From the human T2T-CHM13v2.0 reference genome, Homo sapiens: a DNA stretch of 64,000 bases. Made by a program: the position numbers and the translations under genes. The stretch is from NCBI RefSeq assembly GCF_009914755.1, contig NC_060925.1. The stretch is one strand, 5' to 3'. The notes under the pieces are model-generated. The model saw only the letters and a program-made list of their open reading frames with translations, had not been told where the DNA came from and made no database searches. Shown one piece after another: positions 1-64,000 of the stretch. The number at the start of each line of letters is the position of its first letter. The first letter of the stretch is position 1.

Positions 1-511
1 GTACAATACTTCACATCTGATATTCATATTACTACTCTCACCACTACAAAACTCTGGTAACCATCTAGGATGTGAAGTTGTAGAATGAGGACACCTTCCA
101 AAGTGTTATCACTGGTACTCATTTCACCTCTTTTCTATAATTCTGACCAAATTATATCTTTTACTTCTGATTTAGCATTCCTCAAGAACAGAACTAGCTG
201 GGCATGGTTGCTTATGCCTTTAATCCCAGCTGAGGCAGGAGGATTGCTTGAGCCCAGGAGTTGGAGGCTGCAGTGAGCTATGATCACACCACTGTACTCC
301 AGTCTGGGTGACAGAGCGAGACTGTGTCTCTTTAAAAAAAAAAAAAAAAGAAGAAAAAGAAGAAGAAGAAGAAGAGAATTAATGATAATAATAAATTAGC
401 AACTTGCTTTTCCGAAGGTAAAAATCTAGAATCAAAGAAAGAAAGAGGGCTTTCTAGCCAGGAAGATGGTCCACTTTACATCTTATGTATCTTATCCCTA
501 CAAGGAGCTCA

Positions 512-28272
<27,761 letters not shown>

Positions 28273-28430
28273 GGCGACTGCCAGGTCTCGGGTTCCCGCT
28301 CAACTACAGCCGGCTCACAGCTCCATCAGCCAATCCACAGGCGTGACGTCAGCAGAGGGGGATGGGACCTGCTTCTTGCTCGGATGTGTGGGCATTTTTA
28401 AATGCAGTCCTTCAGCAAGCCAATATAATG
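28273..28430 (-). promoter_or_regulatory. NUP210L: NUP210L 5'UTR/proximal promoter with full CRE and CCAAT boxes
   Basis: TGACGTCA palindrome 28344-28351; AGCCAAT at 28328-28334 and 28418-28424; CpG-rich around exon 1. Confidence 0.7.
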
Positions 28431-28549
28431 GAAACTTTTGGCACAAACCCAGCTAAAACACCTCAAACTCTCTTAAAGGGCTTTCCTAAATACTGGATGG
28501 CAGACCTTTTTAACAGTAAGGAACAAGCAGAAAAGTCTAAAAAAAACCC

Positions 28550-28571
28550 TTTAATTTCTTCCAGTTTTAAT
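28550..28571 (-). terminator. TPM3: Distal tandem ATTAAA poly(A) signals of extended exon 9d 3'UTR
   Basis: ATTAAA at 28571-28566 and 28555-28550, followed by T-rich ttttttttagacttttctgcttgtt. Confidence 0.6.
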
Positions 28572-29175
28572 TTCTTCTGTTGCACACTGTTTATCTTAAC
28601 ACCACACCCTCCGCCCGACAAAAAAACTTTTTGCAATGATTTCCAGTTAGCATTGGTCCATGCCTATCAACGGAAAATTGTGCAGTCTCTGGGATAAACA
28701 GCTCGACTTTGTCAAGGGAACCGTGTATTTTTACTAGAAGTCAGATTCACGTCCGGCCTCCAGGCCAGAATGCAGGAAATGCCAGACACTGGCGTCTCAA
28801 AAGCAGCTTTCAAAGTTATCCACTCACACAGCCGGCCTCTAAGCAAATACTCTTGAGAGCACTTGTTGTTTTCTCCAAATATCCAAACAGAATATAAACT
28901 CAAAGCTGTTTCAGTACAGTTGGTTAAAACCACGCATTTATAGTAGTGATCAGCATTATATATTGTTTTAAGGAGCATAAATCCATAGTTTATAAGGATT
29001 GATATGGTTGTGAAGGAAAATGTATATAGTTCAGCCTGAGATGTCAGTGTTAACCTATAAAAGGCCCAGCACATTAAGTGTTCTTTCTAATCTTCATGTT
29101 TACTCTGACAATACTTATCTCCATTTTACAGATGATAAAACTAAACATTTGCTCTATATTAAATCCTGTTGCTCC

Positions 29176-29480
29176 AGCTGGGTGCGGTGGCTCACGCCCG
29201 TAATCCCAGCATTTTGGGAAGCTGAGGCAGGTGGATCACCTGAAGGTCAGGAGTTCGAGACCAGCCTGGCCAACATGGTGAAGCCCTGTCTCTACTTAAA
29301 ATATAAAAAATTACCCGGGCATGGTGGCAGGTGCCTGTAATCCCAGCTACTCGGGAGGCTGAGGCAGGAGAATCTCTTGAACCAGGAGGCGGAGGTTGCA
29401 GTGAGCCGAGATCGAGCCATTACGCTCCAGCCCAGGCAACAAGAATGAAACTTCATCTCAAAAATAATAATAATAAAGAA
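29176..29480 (+). mobile_element. AluS in extended TPM3 9d 3'UTR (antisense to mRNA)
   Basis: Full-length Alu with TSD taaatcctgttgct (29160-29173 / 29481-29494). Confidence 0.9.
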
Positions 29481-29607
29481 TAAATCCTGTTGCTACCACC
29501 CACAAAGATGCTATTTTTAACCCAAACCTCATAGCTTCTGTGGAGAAAGCACATTTAGTTTTAATAAATAAAAGTCAAATAGGTCTGAGGGTTGGAGGGA
29601 CTGGTTC

Positions 29608-29613
29608 TTTATT
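29608..29613 (-). terminator. TPM3: Main poly(A) signal AATAAA of exon 9d
   Basis: AATAAA ~1.25 kb after the stop, T-rich downstream element (ttgacttttatttatt). Confidence 0.75.
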
Positions 29614-30866
29614 TCAAAAAGACACTTGTCAATATTCAGTATCAAAACAGTTGCACTATTGATTTCTCTTTCTCCCAATCGGCCCCAAAGAGACCACATA
29701 AAAGGAGAGTACATTTTAAGCCAATAAGCTGCAGGATGTACACCTAACAGACCTCCTAGAAACCTTACCAGAAAATGGGGACTGGGTAGGGAAGGAAACT
29801 TAAAAGATCAACAAACTGCCAGCCCACGGACTGCAGAGGCTGTCACAGCCAGATGGGGTGGCCAGGGTGCCACAAACCCAAAGCAAAGTTTCAAAATAAT
29901 ATAAAATTTAAAAAGTTTTGTACATAAGCTATTCAAGATTTCTCCAGCACTGACTGATACAAAGCACAATTGAGATGGCACTTCTAGAGACAGCAGCTTC
30001 AAACCCAGAAAAGGGTAATGAGATGAGTTTCACATGGCTAAATCAGTGGCAAAAACACAGTCTTCTTTCTTTCTTTCTTTCAAGGAGGCAGGAAAGCAAT
30101 TAAGTGGTCACCTCAACATAAGGGGGACATGATCCATTCTGTAAGCAGTTGTGAGGGGGTAGAGATGGGACAAAATTTTGGTCTCAGAGGTCTTACCATC
30201 TTAATTTGGTAACTTCTAATGAAAAAAATAAAAAATAGAAATAACATTATCCAAAGATATCTTAAAGCTGAAAACTTGAACAGCACATTTTTTGTTTTTG
30301 TTGTTGTTTGGCTAACTCCTCCTGGAATCACCTTTCTGGTTTAGCTAGTACTTTGTACAGAACAATGAGGTTTCCCACAGCGGAGTCTCCCTGGGCTCTG
30401 TTTGGCTCTCGGTAAGGCAGGCCTACACCTTTTCCTCTCCTCTATGGAGAGGGGAATATGCATTAAGGTGAAAAGTCACCTTCCAAAAGTGAGAAAGGGA
30501 TTCGATTGCTGCTTCAGGACTGTGGAATTATTTGGAATGTTTTACAAATGGTTGCTACAAAACAACAAAAAAGGTAATTACAAAATGTGTACATCACAAC
30601 ATGCTTTTTAAAGACATTATGCATTGTGCTCACATTCCCTTAAATGTTGTTTCCAAAGGTGCTCAGCCTCTAGCCCAGCTGGATTCTCCGGGAAGAGGCA
30701 GAGACAGTTTGGCGAAAAAGACACAGGGAAGGAGGGGGTGGTGAAAGGAGAAAGCAGCCTTCCAGTTAAAGATCAGCCCTCAGTTAAAGGTCAGCTTCCC
30801 GCAGGCTGGCCTCAGGCGGAGTCTGGGTCAGAGGGAGGAGCAGCAGCAGGGTGGGACTGGGGCGTT

Positions 30867-56352
<25,486 letters not shown>

Positions 56353-56638
56353 GGTGCCCACCCAGCTACTGCTCGCGCTCCGGTTCCTGCCTCCTCCGCT
56401 CGGCGTTGCAGCCTCCTCTCACCCTTACTTCCGCCTGCTACGCCCTGAAATACCGGAACTCACCAACCCGCCCGGATGTGACGTCCCTCTGCCGCGCCCT
56501 CCCACCGCCAGGCAGGCGGGAAGGCAGTCCACTGGAGGGAGAGCCGCGGCAGGGAGTGGATCCTCCCAGTCGCCCTGGAGTACGGCTCCCGGCCTTACCT
56601 TGGGCCAGTAAACTGGGACGGGGTTGGGACGAGGGAGT

Positions 56639-56652
56639 GTTACCATGGTAAC
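56639..56652. promoter_or_regulatory. Perfect palindromic RFX X-box GTTACCATGGTAAC
   Basis: Matches RFX consensus GTTRCCATGGYAAC exactly. Confidence 0.7.
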
Positions 56653-57223
56653 TGGGCGGCGCTTCGTGCCCTAGCCTCTCCCGCCAGGCTGGCTGCCCAC
56701 AATGGTTGGCCCCTTTGCAGGTAGTCGGCTGACCTTACACTCCCGCAATTGACCCCTCACTCCCGCAATGCCGATACCCGTCACCCCTCACTGTATTTGC
56801 TCCACAATATAAACATCCTACAAGTCTCTGCTTCCACTCACCCCACGACAAACTCCAAAACCAAGTTATAAGAAAAGTCTAAAAGACTTTCTGGGCCTCA
56901 GGTTCAAAAGAGCCCCACTCAGTCTCCTTTCAAAGTCGGCTCAGGTAGGTAGGTTCTCTCTCCCGTCTCCTGGAAGTCAATGAATGGAACTGTCGGAGTG
57001 GAAGGGATGGGCAAGATGGCACAAATTCTCATTCTATTTGGCATGGTATGAACTTAAGTGTTCTATTTAGAACAGACTTTTCTCCTTTTTTTTTTTTTTT
57101 TTTTTTTTTTTAAGAGACAAGATCTCGCTCTGTTGCTGGAGTGCGGCAGTGGCGAGATCACAACTCACTACAGCTTCGAACTCCTGGGCTCAAGCGAGCC
57201 TCCTACCTCAGCCTCCGGTGTAG

Positions 57224-57430
<207 letters not shown>

Positions 57431-58494
57431 TAATTTTTTTTTTGTAGTTTTAGTAGAGACGGGGTTTCACCGTGTTAGCCAGGATGGTCTCGATCTCCTG
57501 ACCTCGTGATCTGCCGGCCTCGGCCTCCCAAAGTGCTGGGATTACAGGTCCCTGTTACTTTTGAGAGTCATCATGCACCAAATTAACCAACCTTCCAGCC
57601 CCTCCAAACCTTGGAATGATTCAGGACTTGGCAATTTAATCATCAGCTGGGCGTGGTAGCTCATGTCTGTAAGTCTAGGATTTTGGGAGGCTGAGGTGGG
57701 AGGATGGCTTGAGCCCAGGAGTTCAAAACCAGCCTGGGCAATATAGCAAGACCTCATCTCTAAAAATAAATAAATAATTTAATAATCACTTACAATTCCT
57801 TTTGTAGGTAAGAAAGATATGCCCCCATTTTATCAGGAAGAAATCCTCTATTACAGACCACTGTCAGCCGGGCGGGGTGACTCATGCCTGTGATCCCAAC
57901 ATTTGGGAGGCCAACGCGAGAAGATCACTTCAGCCCAGAGTTTGAGACCAGCCTGGGCAGTATAGTGAGACCTCGTCTCTACAAACAATTAAAAAATTAG
58001 CCAGGCTTGGTGGCAGCACGTCTGTAGTCCCAGCTACTTGGGAGGCTGAGGTGGGAAGATTTCTTGAGCCGGGAAGGCAGAGGTTGCAGTGAGCCAAGAT
58101 TGTATCACTGCCTCCAGTCTGGGTGACAGATTGAGAGCCTGTCTCAAAAAAATAAAAAACAGACGACTGTTACTAGATCCTTCATGCAACAGCCAGACAT
58201 GAGTGCCTGTAAACTGTACTATAGAATTGAGCCTCCATTCTGTTACAACTTTTACCAATTTCAATGCCACTGTACTTCCAAGTACCCCCAAGGAACTGTT
58301 TATGAGTTAGAAACTTCCCTTTGGCCAGATGTGGTGGCTCATGCCTGTAATCCCAGCACTTTGGGAGGCCACGGCGGGCAGATCACCTGAGGTCAGGAGT
58401 TTGAGACCAGCCTGGCCAACATGGCAAAACCCCGTCTCTACTAAAAATGCAAAAATTAGCCGGGTGTGGTGGTGCACACCTGTAGTTCCAGCTA

Positions 58495-58650
<156 letters not shown>

Positions 58651-58713
58651 TCACACCTGTAATCCCAGCACTTTGGGAGGCTGAGGCAGGTGGATCACGA
58701 GGTCAGGAGTTCA

Positions 58714-59137
<424 letters not shown>

Positions 59138-60409
59138 TTAGGATGTGGAACAGGACTTACAATGAAGAGTCCTAATCCCTGAAAGGAATAGTAGGCAAGA
59201 CAGTTGCTGCCCTCAATGTCTAGTTCTAAGAATGCTCCCTGCAGAGCCTCTGTTTTCCTATCACCTTTTGGAAATACCGAGCAATGAGACTATTCAGAAG
59301 AAACAACTTGGATAGATAATAATTTTCTCAATAGAGTAACCTGCACACTGATTTTTCCCCCAGAAATTAGGAAGGAAGATCAGGGTTCTGACTCTTAATA
59401 GACTCTACCCTGATGGCCTAAGAATTTTTCTAACTTGCTTTGTAGAAGTCTGATCAAGATGTGGCAGAAGTGACACTTTGTCATCTGGGTGCTGCTCAGC
59501 AGGGGGCACTATTGTACCTCCCTGTGCCCTGGTAAAGCAGCAGAAGACCTCATCCTAGCCAAACCAAGAGGGTATTGAGAGCACCACTGCATTTCTGAGA
59601 CTGGTAGATTTGAGCAGATAATCTCCTCTTAATGCAGGGAAACAGATGGACTGACTCATGATAGCCTTTAGAAGCACAATGGATAGACAGCAAGGGGCCC
59701 AGTGCTATTGTGTTCCTAGTAACCAGCAATACAATATATCAACAGGTGTATATGTCCATCGTTGTCCCTTCTCTCCCCATCCTTCCTGCCACCTGTCCCT
59801 AAAAAATGGTGTTATGACTCTATGTCCTAACAATGCACTCCTCTTTCCCTTTGTTTCTCCCTAAACAGCATCTGATTTCATCTTGGATTAAAATGATCTT
59901 AGATGTGGTTGCACAACAATGTAAATATGCTACTACTGAATTAGACATTTAAAAATGGTTAAAATGGTAAGTTTTATGTATGCGTATTTTACCACAACTT
60001 AGAAAACAAAGTTAGACAAATTTAGGGAGGAAAAAAAAGTTTGGACTCGCCTTGCCATACCCTTGCCCTTTCTTTATTCAAGCAGTCCTAGTAAATCCTG
60101 CACTTTTCAGAAAGGCTTCTCAGATAACCAGAACTGCTTGTGTAAACACGTAGTTATTGACTCCCTCCTCCTTCTCTACTGCTTATATCTACTTCAAGAT
60201 AATATGCTCTGTTTACTTATTTATTAACCTCAAGGACAGAAGCTGAGCTGTTAACTTCCTTTGTATTGGACAGAGTATACTCCCTCCAAAGATGCATATA
60301 TTATGCTGCTGATGACTCTTACCTTTGCTTTCTGCTTTTAACCTTGTTGGTCCTTATTCAGCACCTCTCCCAATTCCTATAAACACTGTCCTTCTTTGAC
60401 CCTTTGAGG

Positions 60410-60570
60410 CAGGGGTCATCCAACTTTTAGGGTCTTGTGGCCAGAGAGATAAGAAAGCCAGTAGACAGTATGTACAAGAATGAGCATGACTGTGTTCCGA
60501 TAAAACTTTATTTACAAAACCAGGCTGTTGCAAGATTTAACCCACAGGTGGTAGTTTGCTGACTCTAGCT
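60410..60570. mobile_element. MER58A-like hAT-Charlie MITE
   Basis: gactgtgttccgataaaactttatttacaaaa...gtagtttgctgac. Confidence 0.7.
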
Positions 60571-61745
60571 TTGAGGAAAGAAACCTTTCTTCTTGCTTGC
60601 TCCTGGCCACAACCTTCCCTCTCCTGTTTCTTGTTCTTATGCATATCTCTGAGGGTACTTTCTGACTTGGGAAAGCTAACAAAGGGGAGAGGGGTTGAAT
60701 GAGTATTTTTAACCCTCACTTTACATATTTAAATGGGTTTTGGTGGATTCCTATGTAAATATGAAGAAACTTCTTTCAAATGAATATACTGAGTAGACCA
60801 CATCTAGGTGAGGGGTGCTATGTGTGTGTATGTGTATGTCTGTACATGTGTAAAACAGATTAAGATAGACAGAATTCATCCCCAGGAAATCCTTTTATAT
60901 TCCTAATGATTTTGATGTATTGCGTACAGCCTCTATGTTATTCTCCTTCTCATGATCTCAGGTTAGACTTGTTCTTTTTCTTGCTCCTGGAAACACCTCC
61001 TCAAGCCCACATACTAGCCGTTTCAGCCTAAGAGCAGACCCAGATTGATGTTACCCAATTTCTCACAAAACTGTTATTAACCTGACATTGTGCTAGTTTG
61101 TGAAAACTTCTATCTTCATGCCCATATGTTAGAAACAGAGAGATCCATCCAAATATACCAGGAACCTAGGCTATACAACTCCAGCCAGCCATCCACTTGC
61201 CCAAAGCCCAGGGGTAACCTGTAGATTTGGTAGGGTTGTTTGTTTGTTTGTTTTGTTTTGTTTTTTTGAGTTTTCTGAGAAGGGAGAATTTTTATCATTT
61301 TAAATAGAGACAGGGTCTTGCTCTGTCACCTAGGCTGGAGTGCAGTAGCATTATCATACCTCACTGCAAGCATGAACTCCTGGCTTCAAGCGATCCTCCC
61401 ATCTCAGCCTCTGGAGTACGCGGGACTACCGGCACATGCCACCACACCTGGCTAATTTTTAAATTTTTTGTAAAGATAGGGCCTCACTATGTTCCCCAGG
61501 CTGGTCTTGAACTCCTGGCCTCAGGCGATTCTCCTGCCCTGGCCTCTCAAAGCAAAGTGCTGGAATTACAGGTCTGAGCCACCACACTGGGCACAAGAAG
61601 GGAGAATTAATAGTTTGTGGCGGCCTGGCCGGGCGCGGTGGCTCACACCTGTAATCCCAGCACTTTGGGAGGCCGTGGCGGGCGGATCACAAGGTGAGGA
61701 GATCGAGACCATCCTGGCTAACACGGTGAAACCCCATCTCTACTA

Positions 61746-61940
<195 letters not shown>

Positions 61941-62065
61941 TTAACTTTTGGAAGAATGAGTTTAAATGATGTATATTTAGTTTGTGTTTCTAACCTCTGG
62001 CATAATATATTCAATTCTTACCACTTTCCTTGGCCACTGAAAGTGGTGGAAAACAAAACAGATCA

Positions 62066-63058
<993 letters not shown>

Positions 63059-63168
63059 AGAAAAGGAAAGAAACCGGATGGCAGAGAGACCAAATATGAG
63101 GATCCGAAAGCATTTATGAATGGTTCACTCTGTCTGTCCTTCTAGCTATTTTCCAAAACCAAATGTGA

Positions 63169-63514
<346 letters not shown>

Positions 63515-63921
63515 TAACTCAGTTCACTGAGAAACTTGTTTCCACCAATACTGGGACATTTCTGTTGTTGTTGGTAAGATTCCTATGGTACTTTTCTTCT
63601 AAAAAACTTTTCAATCTACTCTCTCATTTATCTTTGCAGCAAACTTCAAGGTTAAAGATGAAGGAAAGTAGGTGATGATGATGGGATAATATGAGATGGA
63701 AAAGAGAATTTATTTTATTTGAGAATGGGAAAATTCAGCCCTAGACAAGCTGAGTAATTACTCACGGTCATAGAGTGAAGTCTGGTGGTGATACCTTTAC
63801 CCCCTAAGATTCTTTCTTAGTTTCTATTATACTCTGTCACTGTAGGGATCTCTCTGCTGCCCTAGGAGCAATGCTTCATATGGCATCTCCATGGCATAAA
63901 GGCAAATGCCTGCATTGGCCA

Positions 63922-63943
63922 AGATAAATAAACCCATATATGG
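63922..63943. promoter_or_regulatory. CArG box CCATATATGG (SRF) with adjacent GATA motif
   Basis: CC(A/T)6GG at 63934-63943; AGATAA at 63922-63927; non-repeat sequence in the TPM3 intron upstream of exon 1b. Confidence 0.5.
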
Positions 63944-64000
63944 CCAGGGTCAGTGTGACCTCCATTTCCCATTGTGAAATCCGAGCTGGTTTTGTTGGAC

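Noticed and set aside
29054-29064. cctataaaagg as CArG/TATA element
   Set aside because: Seven A/T bases (not CArG), within a 3'UTR, with no promoter context.
56730-56792. 20-bp tandem units as a CRISPR-like or minisatellite array
   Set aside because: Only two and a half degenerate units with no spacers; eukaryotic promoter DNA.

Overview
Alu-dense primate genomic DNA, recognisable as the human 1q21.3 TPM3-NUP210L locus. Both genes lie on the minus strand in tandem. TPM3 (tropomyosin 3) is present from its internal CpG-island exon 1b (ATG 56352) through exons 3, 4, 5, mutually exclusive 6a/6b, 7, 8 and alternative terminal exons 9a, 9b, 9c and 9d. The 1b-3-4-5-6a-7-8-9d chain sums to 747 nt, giving 248-aa Tpm3.1. 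Muscle exons 1a/2b are not in the window and should lie beyond base 64000. NUP210L starts under 300 bp after the most distal TPM3 poly(A) signal. Its exons 1-9 (1185 coding nt, all in frame) run from 28272 down to 536, and the gene continues off the left edge. Intron 7 of NUP210L is a U12-type (minor spliceosome) intron. The rest is dozens of Alus, a 7SL pseudogene and old L1/L2/MIR/DNA-transposon/LTR relics; almost all long ORFs in the supplied track are Alu artefacts. The most unusual observations are: (1) a ~60-bp copy of TPM3 promoter sequence inserted into an intronic Alu 3.9 kb away, with a second repair scar in the same Alu; (2) a candidate in-frame alternative first coding exon of TPM3 whose ATG sits inside a perfect RFX X-box; (3) an in-frame TPM3 exon 9a to NUP210L exon 2 read-through possibility; (4) a dense splicing code (QKI, RBFOX, distant branch points) around the alternative TPM3 exons. 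I found no evidence of a wholly new gene system.
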